A DNA stretch of 64,000 bases from Dehalococcoidia bacterium (GTDB taxonomy: Bacteria > Chloroflexota > Dehalococcoidia > SHYB01), in the NCBI GenBank assembly GCA_965248515.1, contig CBDFJU010000001.1, forward strand, positions 242,592-306,591. Direction: 5' to 3'. Below the pieces are notes generated by a model. That model was given only the letters and a program-made list of their open reading frames with translations, did not search any database and had not been told where the DNA came from. Below are positions 36,262 through 44,555 of the stretch, piece after piece. Position 1 is the stretch's first letter; each line of letters begins with the position of its first letter. Made by a program: the position numbers and the translations under genes.

Positions 36262-38208
36262 ATGATCAAAGGCATCAGAGCCAGAGCCGCGAGTTTGGCG
36301 AGCGACGTCGTCCTTTTTCGTAGGGCCGCCGTCTATGTCTTGCCGTACTGGCAGCGCCTGGTGCTGGCCGGCGTCTGCGCGGTCTTCATGAGCATCGCCG
36401 GCGGCATGTCGGCCTACTCCGTTCTGCCGATCATGCAGGTCGCCTTGGAGGCCGACCGGGAACAAAACCTGGAAGCCACCGAAGGCGCTAGCGACCAGGG
36501 CGGGGAAGTCACTCCTACGGTTGTCATCGATCCCGTCGGCGAGACAACCGTCATTGGGCGTTGGCTCAACCGGCAATTCGACAGGGTATCCAGCGGCGGA
36601 AGTCAGTTGACGAGGCTGGTGTCACTGGCCTCGCTGGCCTTCGGTCTGCTGTTGGCGAGTCAACTCGTGGCCGCGCTCCTCGAGATGATCTTCGCTTCTA
36701 TCCAGGCCGGAGGAGTGAAGCGGTTTCGGATCGCGACGTTTTCCCACCTCAACCGTCTTCCGCTGACCTACTTCAACAAGAACAAGGCGGGGATCATCAT
36801 CGCCCGGGTCGAAAACGACCTCGGTGGGGCTATCCAGATGGTCACGGGCAGCATGTTGGTCGTTTTCATGCACCTCTTCATGGCGGTCGTGCTGACAACG
36901 CTGTTGATAAGCACGAGTCCGCGGCTCGTCCTAGTTGCCCTGCCCGTGGCGGTGCTGGCTTCATTATTTTCTAGCTTTATCGCTGGATGGGTGAGGAGGC
37001 TACGGACAAGGATTCAGGCGAATGTAGCGGACATCGTGGTCATCTTGCAGGAATTCCTGGCGGGCGTACGAGTAATCCGCGCCTTTTCACGAGAGGACTA
37101 TGAGATCAGCAAGTTCGAGGCGCAAATTGAACGGGGGAGGAAACTGGAGATCAGGAACGTCCTGGCAAAGGCCTTGTTGCCAAGGGGCGTGAACCTGGCG
37201 TCGGCCGTCGCCATCGCCGTGGTGTTTGTCTACGGCGGCGCGCTGATGATAGATGGCGTGTTGGGAGTCGGACAACTCATCCTTTTCGCGTTTCTGCTGC
37301 AGCGTCTGCAAGTGCCGGGGATGGCCCTGGTGAACGCCTATGCCACTGCCCAGGGTGGCCTTGCCTATGCGGAGCGCTCATTCGATCTGATGGACGCACC
37401 CGAACAAGAGGCTGCGGGCGTGTTGGAAGTGAAGAAGGTCAGCGATCGAATCGCGTTCAGAGGCGTCGCGTTCGATTATGGGGAGGGCCCCGTTCTCCAG
37501 GGAATCGACCTGGAGTTGCCTGTCGGCTCCATGGTGGCGCTCGTTGGACCCAGCGGCGTCGGCAAATCGACTATGGGCGATCTGCTCATTCGCTTCTACG
37601 ATCCGGTCGAGGGGAGCATCACCCTGGACGGCGCCGATATCCGCGAATTCGATCTGGCATCCTACAGATCGCTCTTCGGAATGGTGACGCAAGACACCTT
37701 TTTGTTCCACGACACCGTGAAATTCAACATCGCCTACGGCTCCGACACGGCCTCGCTCGGCCAGGTAGAGGCGGCCGCTCGGGTGGCCGATGCCGACGGG
37801 TTCATCCGCAATCTCCCAAAAGGTTACGAAACCGTCATCGGCGATCGGGGTGTCCGCCTCTCGGGAGGACAGCGCCAGCGGATCGCCATCGCGCGGGCCG
37901 TTCTGAAGAATCCGCCCATCCTGATTCTTGATGAGGCCACGAGCTCGCTGGACACCGAGGCGGAAAGGCAAGTCCAGAAGGCCATCGACAGGCTAATTGA
38001 AGGACGCACAGTGCTCGTAATCGCGCACCGTCTGTCGACCGTCCGCCGTGCGGACAACATCGTGGTGCTAGACCGAGGACGAATCGTGGAGAAAGGCCGG
38101 CACGCAGAACTCCTGGCGCTCGGCGGTCAGTACAAGCGGCTCTACGCGCTACAATTCGAGGACGCAGGCGCCGAGGACAACCCTTCACAGCTCCTGGGGG
38201 CCCGCTAA
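36262..38208 (+). CDS. ABC exporter, fused TMD-NBD half-transporter (MsbA/PglK type)
   Basis: Six-TM domain. Walker A GPSGVGKST, signature LSGGQRQR, Walker B ILILDEATSSLD. An unusually long (~55 aa) loop sits between TM1 and TM2. Confidence 0.88.
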   Translation: MIKGIRARAASLASDVVLFRRAAVYVLPYWQRLVLAGVCAVFMSIAGGMSAYSVLPIMQVALEADREQNLEATEGASDQGGEVTPTVVIDPVGETTVIGRWLNRQFDRVSSGGSQLTRLVSLASLAFGLLLASQLVAALLEMIFASIQAGGVKRFRIATFSHLNRLPLTYFNKNKAGIIIARVENDLGGAIQMVTGSMLVVFMHLFMAVVLTTLLISTSPRLVLVALPVAVLASLFSSFIAGWVRRLRTRIQANVADIVVILQEFLAGVRVIRAFSREDYEISKFEAQIERGRKLEIRNVLAKALLPRGVNLASAVAIAVVFVYGGALMIDGVLGVGQLILFAFLLQRLQVPGMALVNAYATAQGGLAYAERSFDLMDAPEQEAAGVLEVKKVSDRIAFRGVAFDYGEGPVLQGIDLELPVGSMVALVGPSGVGKSTMGDLLIRFYDPVEGSITLDGADIREFDLASYRSLFGMVTQDTFLFHDTVKFNIAYGSDTASLGQVEAAARVADADGFIRNLPKGYETVIGDRGVRLSGGQRQRIAIARAVLKNPPILILDEATSSLDTEAERQVQKAIDRLIEGRTVLVIAHRLSTVRRADNIVVLDRGRIVEKGRHAELLALGGQYKRLYALQFEDAGAEDNPSQLLGAR

Positions 38209-38289
38209 CGAGTACGCGTGGTTACCGGTTAACCTCAGGCGACGTACACCCGTTCTGGAGGGCCTCGGCCACTCCCTTACCAGGTTGAT

Positions 38290-39408
38290 ATGCCAGAGAT
38301 AGTCTTCATCGATGGAACGCAGCGGAGTGGGACGGGGCTCGTGCAACGGCTGCTCGACGGCCACTCCCAACTCGGCGTCTATCCGTTCGAAGATCGCACG
38401 ATCCTCGGACTATGGGAAGGCTACGATGATATCGACAACGCGTTGCGCACCCGGAGGCCACAGCAGCTTACCGCGGCGCTCCTCCGCTGGGGGGGCCTGT
38501 CGACCCTGAAACAACATAGTGAGGATGGCTACATCGAGTTCTCTCGCAACCCCGAGTCCTACAGTTCCCGAAATGAGTTCGACTTCGAGGTCGCGGGGTT
38601 TGTTCATGAGTTCGAAGCGAGTTTGTCGCGGCGGTTCGAGGAAGAGGGGGAGGAGCTTCCGACGGTCTCGGATATGTACCAAGAATACCTGGCTTCGTTT
38701 TACCGGACCCTTGAGCGCGACCGTCCGGATGCGGCGCCGAGACGGTACTTCGTCGTCAAGCAGCCCGAGTCGACTCCGGCGCTGCGGTTCTTTTTCGAGC
38801 ACTTCTCCAGCGGCAGGGTCATCTACGTCATCCGCGACCCGAAAGGCTGGCTGACCTCGTTGAGGTGGTTCCCGTCGTATCTCGAGAATCGAGACATCAG
38901 ACCGCTGCACTCGGCATGCGAGCAGTGGGTGCGGGAAACCCAACCAGTGTTGGGCCTTCAGCGCGAGGTCGGCTCGGAGCGACTTGCCATAGTGAGTTAC
39001 GAGGAGCTCGTCGAACACACCTCCGACGTGATGACCGGACTCTGTGATTGGCTGGGAATACCAGTCGAGGAGTGTCTGCGCACCCCCACGTTCATGGGCA
39101 ATAGCTGGGTCGGGGACTCCACCTACAAGGGCCATGAGGGAGTTTATGCGGACTCTACGGCGAGATGGCGGCAACTGCTCACCTCCTGTGAGATCTCGTA
39201 TATTGAGACCCTGTGCCAACGGACTATGGCGGCGTTCGGCGTTCCCAGGCACTCCGAGAAACGCTTGTGGCGAGGGTTGGCAGTGAGCTTGCATGCAGCG
39301 GCCCTCAGGTTCCAGTGGAGCAGGATCATTCCGTTGCGCATGCTATCGCTGTTGGTGCTCCGCTCCTTGAGCAAGCGAGTTACTGGCCTGGACTATCAAC
39401 GAGACTAA
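38290..39408 (+). CDS. sulfotransferase family protein
   Basis: 5'-PSB-like FIDGTQRSGTGLV and 3'-PB-like VIYVIRDPKGWLTSL. The protein is soluble and 372 aa long. Confidence 0.65.
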   Translation: MPEIVFIDGTQRSGTGLVQRLLDGHSQLGVYPFEDRTILGLWEGYDDIDNALRTRRPQQLTAALLRWGGLSTLKQHSEDGYIEFSRNPESYSSRNEFDFEVAGFVHEFEASLSRRFEEEGEELPTVSDMYQEYLASFYRTLERDRPDAAPRRYFVVKQPESTPALRFFFEHFSSGRVIYVIRDPKGWLTSLRWFPSYLENRDIRPLHSACEQWVRETQPVLGLQREVGSERLAIVSYEELVEHTSDVMTGLCDWLGIPVEECLRTPTFMGNSWVGDSTYKGHEGVYADSTARWRQLLTSCEISYIETLCQRTMAAFGVPRHSEKRLWRGLAVSLHAAALRFQWSRIIPLRMLSLLVLRSLSKRVTGLDYQRD

Positions 39409-39490
39409 TCCGGCCTACACTCGGTGACGAACTCCAAGACCCTGCTTCGGCGGATGCCATGAGAGCCCTCCAACGCAAGATAGCTGACGG

Positions 39491-40570
39491 ATGACCGCTC
39501 CTACCCTGGTCACGGGTGGCTGTGGTTTCGTGGGCAGGCACGTGGTGACGCACCTCATCCAATCCGGGCGATCGGTGTGGATCGTCGACGATCTGTCGAC
39601 AGGTCTGGACCCCGGAGGTTGGCTGCCCAAGGAAAAGGTGAAGCTGGAGCATGGAAGCCGATGTGTAGAGTATCGGCTGGAGAATGTCTCCGTGACCTTC
39701 GTTAACGCCGACGTAAGAAGGTTCTTCAGAGAGCAGCCCTCGGGCGGAGAATCGGAGTTGTGTGGCCATCACATGACGCCAAGCTTTGGCGACGTGATTC
39801 ACCTCAGCTCCATCGTTGGCGGGCGGGCTGTGATCAATGGTGACCCCCTGGCCGTGGCGCAAGACCTCGCCATCGAAGCGGACTTGTTCGTCTGGGCGAG
39901 GAGAACTCGCCCAGAGCGCACTCTATATGTCAGCTCCAGCGCCGCCTATCCCATCGATCTCCAGGGCAGGGATGGCGCCGTCGCCCTCAGCGAAGAGATG
40001 ATCGACTTCGGAGGACGGTTGGGTCAGCCCGACATGACGTACGGGTGGTCCAAGCTCTCCGGTGAGTATCTCGCCCGGATAGCGGCAAGCCATTACGGTC
40101 TCCATGTCGCGTGTGTCAGGCCCTTTTCCGGGTACGGGGAAGACCAGGACGACACCTATCCGGTCACAGCAATCGCGGGTCGGGCGGCGAAGCGCGAGGA
40201 CCCACTGATTGTCTGGGGGTCCGGCGATCAGGGCCGGGACTTCATACATATCGATGACTGCGTCGACGCAATGTTCCGCGCACTGGATGCCATCGACGAC
40301 GGTTCTGCCGTCAACCTGGGTTCTGGCAAGTTAACAACGTTCAAGCAGGTGGCGGGGATGTTCGCTCGCTTAGCTGGGTACAAGCCTGAGATCAAAGGAC
40401 TGATCGACAAGCCAACAGGGGTGCACTCCCGGTACGCGAACATGGACCGGGCACATCGAGTGTTGGACTGGAAGCCCAAGATATCTCTTGAAGAGGGGCT
40501 GAAAAGAGTCTTCGAGGCCGTGGCTGGAAAAACAAGCCACGAGCACGCCCATCCCGACCGGGAGGATTGA
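39491..40570 (+). CDS. NAD-dependent epimerase/dehydratase (extended SDR)
   Basis: LVTGGCGFVGRHVV, a YGWSK catalytic YxxxK motif, and FIHIDD. Confidence 0.85.
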   Translation: MTAPTLVTGGCGFVGRHVVTHLIQSGRSVWIVDDLSTGLDPGGWLPKEKVKLEHGSRCVEYRLENVSVTFVNADVRRFFREQPSGGESELCGHHMTPSFGDVIHLSSIVGGRAVINGDPLAVAQDLAIEADLFVWARRTRPERTLYVSSSAAYPIDLQGRDGAVALSEEMIDFGGRLGQPDMTYGWSKLSGEYLARIAASHYGLHVACVRPFSGYGEDQDDTYPVTAIAGRAAKREDPLIVWGSGDQGRDFIHIDDCVDAMFRALDAIDDGSAVNLGSGKLTTFKQVAGMFARLAGYKPEIKGLIDKPTGVHSRYANMDRAHRVLDWKPKISLEEGLKRVFEAVAGKTSHEHAHPDRED

Positions 40571-41685
40571 TGTCGGTCTGTATCGTAACTACGACCATCA
40601 ACCGCCCGGTGCTCCTTCAGGCGTACTGTGAGAACGCTCGGGCCCATGGGCACAAGGATGTCCAGTTCGTCATCATCGGCGACAAGAAGACTCCTCCCGA
40701 TGTTGGGGCGTATTGCGCAACTTTGAGCAACGACTATGGCTACCAGGTCGACTACCTCGATGTCGATGCCCAGCTGAGCTATCTGGCCAGCTACCCTGAA
40801 CTTGGCGAACACCTGCCGTTTAATTCGATCCAGCGGAGGAACATCGGTCTCTTGATCGGGTATCAAACAGGGCGAGACGTGATTGTCACCATCGACGATG
40901 ACAATCTCGTAGGGGAAGACGACTATTTCGGCGCCCACGGTGATGTTGGAAACAGCATCGAACGAGATTCTATTTCGTCGGACACAGGCTGGTTCAACGT
41001 TTGCGAGATGCTGGAAGAAGAAGCGGGGAGGCCGTTCTATCACAGGGGCTACCCGATGGAGCAGCGCTGGTCCGACGGAGAGACGTTCCGTGATCGACGG
41101 AAAGCGCGCGTTGTCGTCAACGCAGGACTGTGGCTGAACGACCCGGACATCGATGCGGTTACGAGACTCGATATGCCCATCAGGACCGTGGGTGTTCGAC
41201 CGGAGCTTCCCGAACGCCTGCTCCTCGCTTCTGGGACATGGTGCCCGTTCAACTCGCAGAATACCGCGTTGGCGCGAGAGGTGATCCCGGCCTATTTCTT
41301 GAGCCCATACGTGGGTCGATACGATGATATCTGGGCCAGCTATTTTCTGAGAAAGATTGTCGATCACCTTGGGGATGCCGTTCAGTATGGGCAACCTCTG
41401 GTCACGCAGGAGCGGAATGTCCACAATCTGTGGGTGGATCTCGACAAAGAGCGAGATGGCATGCAGCTCACCGATCGATTGGTCTCAATGCTTCGCGGCC
41501 TACAGTTGGAGGAAGAAACATACGGAGCATGCTTTCAGGAGCTTACGGAAGGCGTCAGTAGTGCGGTGTTGGTGTCGGACTCCTTCGACGCCAATGCCAA
41601 GAAGTTCATCGGCGACGCATTGCAGGGAATGCGGGTCTGGAGCGGTATCTTTGCCGAGGCCGCGGAGGGACGACGAGTTGATTAA
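40570..41685 (+). CDS. reversibly-glycosylated-polypeptide (RGP, GT75) family protein, UDP-arabinopyranose-mutase-like
   Basis: IVTIDDDNLV (cf. plant IFTIDDDCFV) and FYHRGYPMEQRW...NAGLWLNDPDIDAVTRL (cf. FVRGYPFSLREG...HGLWLNIPDYDAPTQL). Also GRYDDIWASYFLRKIVDHLG (cf. [20 protein letters not shown]). GGAGGA lies upstream of the ATG. Confidence 0.7.
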   Translation: MSVCIVTTTINRPVLLQAYCENARAHGHKDVQFVIIGDKKTPPDVGAYCATLSNDYGYQVDYLDVDAQLSYLASYPELGEHLPFNSIQRRNIGLLIGYQTGRDVIVTIDDDNLVGEDDYFGAHGDVGNSIERDSISSDTGWFNVCEMLEEEAGRPFYHRGYPMEQRWSDGETFRDRRKARVVVNAGLWLNDPDIDAVTRLDMPIRTVGVRPELPERLLLASGTWCPFNSQNTALAREVIPAYFLSPYVGRYDDIWASYFLRKIVDHLGDAVQYGQPLVTQERNVHNLWVDLDKERDGMQLTDRLVSMLRGLQLEEETYGACFQELTEGVSSAVLVSDSFDANAKKFIGDALQGMRVWSGIFAEAAEGRRVD

Positions 41686-42232
41686 GATCAATCTAGGATC
41701 AGGTGATCGGCCAATAGAGGGGTTCATCAACGTCGACGCCCGCGACATTCCCGGAATCGAGTTTCCGAACACTCGCGTCGAAGACCTCTCCCAGTTCCAA
41801 GACGACTACGCCGACTACATCTACGCATGCCACATCCTGGAGCACCTTCCCCGGGACAGCACCTTCTCGACCCTTTGTGAGTGGAACCGGGTCTTGAAGC
41901 CGGGGGGTATCCTGCGCGTGGCGGTGCCTGATTGGGATGCGACGGTCGACTACTATGCCGAGAACAGGGACCTGGAAAACTTGCTCAACTGGATCTACGG
42001 TGGCCGAGAACACGGAGACAACTATCATCACCGAATCTTCAACTACCCAGGACTAAGAACTCTCCTAGCCGAGTCCGGATTCAAGCGCATCCGAAAATAC
42101 GAGTGGAGAGATACGGATCATGCCAGCCATGATGACTTCTCCAAGGCGTACATTCCTCACATGGACGCCGAGAATGGCCGGCTGATGAGCTTGAACGTCG
42201 AATGTGTCAAGCACACCTACGTCAAAAGGTAG
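41678..42232 (+). CDS. class I SAM-dependent methyltransferase
   Basis: INLGSGDRPIEGFINVD, ACHILEHL and LKPGGILRVAVPD. TTG start (41678 or 41651), overlapping the upstream stop. Confidence 0.7.
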   Translation: MIKINLGSGDRPIEGFINVDARDIPGIEFPNTRVEDLSQFQDDYADYIYACHILEHLPRDSTFSTLCEWNRVLKPGGILRVAVPDWDATVDYYAENRDLENLLNWIYGGREHGDNYHHRIFNYPGLRTLLAESGFKRIRKYEWRDTDHASHDDFSKAYIPHMDAENGRLMSLNVECVKHTYVKR

Positions 42233-42233
42233 C

Positions 42234-43199
42234 ATGACTCAGCCGCTCGTTACTTTCTGTGTCAACTCTTACAACCGCTTGCCCTTGCTGCGAAATCTCC
42301 TGCGGAGCTTCGAAGCATGCAATGTGTATCCGAAGGTCGAATGGGTGGCAGTGGACTACGGGTCAACCGACGGTTCCAGGGAGTTCCTCCGCGAGTTCGA
42401 GAAATCGGCGCCGTTCCCGGTCAAACTCGTCATTGAGGACGCAAACCACTACCCCACCATTTTTGGAAGATTCCGCAACGACGCGCGGCAGGTCGCGGAC
42501 GGCCAGTTCTTCGTAGAAGTCCCCGAGGACCAGCAATTTATCTCCAGAAGAGACTGGGTCTCCGAATGCATGCAAGTTTTCGATCACCGGCGCCTCGTGT
42601 CCGGCCAGAACGATCTGAGTTGTATCGTTGCTTACGGCTACCCCCGATGGCGCCTTGATAAAAGCAACAACGCATTGCACCCCCAGGAACACGTCGACGG
42701 CGTACCCTATTTCATCGCGAAACAGAAAGCGTACGTCGACTATCACATCATGCCCCGCGAGACGTACGAACGGGTTGGCCCGTACCTCGAGCCGCCAGAG
42801 TTCGACCGGCGCTCACCCCTGTGGGGAAAGTGGTTGGCCTTGGACCCGGAAGTCCGACCGGAGCAAGACTACGAACGGCGCTGCGCCGCGCTGGGTCTCA
42901 GACGAGCCTTCCTCAAGTACCCTGCTCTCGTCTCCTTTCCGAACGGCTACCGGACCGTACTAAACCTGGAAAGCGATGGCCTCGCGGCGCCGCTCTGGTC
43001 CCGCGACGAATTGGAGCGCCGGTTCAGCGAGCTGGATCGGCCGGTGTCGAGCGACGACCTCGCGCCTGAGCAATGCGCTTCCCGTGAACACAAGTCGACT
43101 TGGCGTTTGGGCAGGATCCGAGCTGCCCTAGGCCATGCGGCCAGGCGTATCAGACAACGAGCGCGGACCGTTGAGACCGACATCTCCGCGGACGCGTAG
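42234..43199 (+). CDS. glycosyltransferase family 2
   Basis: VTFCVNSYNRLPLLRNLL, WVAVDYGSTDGS and FVEVPEDQQF. The ATG is 1 nt after the upstream stop. Confidence 0.7.
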   Translation: MTQPLVTFCVNSYNRLPLLRNLLRSFEACNVYPKVEWVAVDYGSTDGSREFLREFEKSAPFPVKLVIEDANHYPTIFGRFRNDARQVADGQFFVEVPEDQQFISRRDWVSECMQVFDHRRLVSGQNDLSCIVAYGYPRWRLDKSNNALHPQEHVDGVPYFIAKQKAYVDYHIMPRETYERVGPYLEPPEFDRRSPLWGKWLALDPEVRPEQDYERRCAALGLRRAFLKYPALVSFPNGYRTVLNLESDGLAAPLWSRDELERRFSELDRPVSSDDLAPEQCASREHKSTWRLGRIRAALGHAARRIRQRARTVETDISADA

Positions 43200-43295
43200 G
43201 GTCATTCCGCTCGCCAGAATGATCCAGCAGGCAGATGATGTGGAGACTGGCGAACCCTACCCGAGCTCGTCGATGCACAGGTTTCCGTCTTCGGC

Positions 43296-44555
43296 ATGAT
43301 CATTGGCTTCTTGATGCTTCGCAATACCTTCTTGAAAACGCTGGGTGGCGTTATCGAGGAGGGCCTCAAGCAGGGGCATAGGGCAGTGCTCTTCTACGAC
43401 CCAACCCTCGAACTCGGCGCCAAGAGCTACCAGTCTTTCGGTCCGGGTGATTGTCCGACGTTCGTTTCAGGTAGGCCCGACCTGGTGGATTGCACTTCCC
43501 AGACGCTACCTCAGCGCTGCGCCCAGATTGGCGTTCAGGTGCTGGTAACACAGGAGGGGTATAACCTCGGTGGGCAATCTGGCTATACCGACGCGTTCAT
43601 CGAACTCAAGCGCTCTGGAGTGAAGACCGCGTCGGTATGTAACTTCTACGAAACTTCGACGTGGTCGCTCGAAGCGTTAGACCATTTCGACAAGACCTAT
43701 TACCTGAGCGAATATGCGCGCCAGCTCCACTTTAGCGTTCAGCCCCGAGAACATCGGGGTGTCCGGAGAGAGCAGCTGCTGGCTAAGCAAGAGGTCGTAG
43801 GCTCGCCCGTCTTTGATCTGCTCCGCAACGTGGACCCCGATGACGCTCGGGAAGCCTTCGGTATCGCTCGGGGCAAGAAGGTCGTGCTGTTGATATCGCC
43901 GGTGGTCAGCCGGGATGCGTGGCATCGAGCGGCGTGGTCGTCGAGAAGCAGGCGTGGCGCCACTCTCCAGGCGATCAAAGACCGTCAGTTCGGTCACATA
44001 CCCGAGGTCTGGTCGGGCCTGAGGTACGACGCGATGATCGGTGCCATCAAGGATTTCTGCGATCGGAGCGGAGCGTTGATGGCTGTCAAGGCCAGGCCCA
44101 AGCAGACTGACCCTTCCTCCGTGTTGCAGCAATGCGACCTGTACATCGATGGAACTGACGATGAGTACTACCCGACCTTCACCACACATCAACTGCTCTC
44201 GGTCGCAAGCCTTTGCATCACGGCGGCCAGTTTCGCCGCATTGGAGGCTGCGGAAGCGGGGGTTCCGGTACTCAGTATCCTCATACCGCCCTTTCATAGG
44301 AGAGGGATGCCGGAAACGGAGCGCCGGTACAACCTGGCAATTAGCGACAAGCGAAGCGGACCGTTTAACCATCCTGGCTGCGTTTTCGGTGTAGATCGCC
44401 GGATGGTCAAGCGCTTCCTGCGGGACAAGACTCTGGAAGATTTCACCGTCGATCAGGCCGCACGGAGTTGGTATACCGACCACTACAGCGGGATGACAAA
44501 TGAGACGAGCGGTCGCCGCATCGTCCGCTCGATTGAGGCTTTGGTCGCCCAGTGA
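43296..44555 (+). CDS. hypothetical protein, possibly GT-B/TagF-like transferase
   Basis: 419-aa soluble ORF in the operon frame. There is only weak resemblance to GT-B or polyol-phosphate transferases (VVGSPVFD, KKVVLLISP, SLCITAASFAALEAAEAGVPVL). Confidence 0.35.
   Translation: MIIGFLMLRNTFLKTLGGVIEEGLKQGHRAVLFYDPTLELGAKSYQSFGPGDCPTFVSGRPDLVDCTSQTLPQRCAQIGVQVLVTQEGYNLGGQSGYTDAFIELKRSGVKTASVCNFYETSTWSLEALDHFDKTYYLSEYARQLHFSVQPREHRGVRREQLLAKQEVVGSPVFDLLRNVDPDDAREAFGIARGKKVVLLISPVVSRDAWHRAAWSSRSRRGATLQAIKDRQFGHIPEVWSGLRYDAMIGAIKDFCDRSGALMAVKARPKQTDPSSVLQQCDLYIDGTDDEYYPTFTTHQLLSVASLCITAASFAALEAAEAGVPVLSILIPPFHRRGMPETERRYNLAISDKRSGPFNHPGCVFGVDRRMVKRFLRDKTLEDFTVDQAARSWYTDHYSGMTNETSGRRIVRSIEALVAQ

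Noticed and set aside
40228-41424. Long minus-strand and alternative-frame ORFs in the track. Examples are 40228..41424 (398 aa), 58710..59888 (392 aa), 3543..4856, 2675..3694, 11122..12411, 18571..19641, 22900..23679, 35836..36576, 47237..48100 and 8327..9019.
   Set aside because: All overlap ORFs with clear family motifs in another frame or strand. Their translations are Arg/Pro/Gly/Ala-rich and motif-free, as expected for open antisense frames in high-GC DNA.
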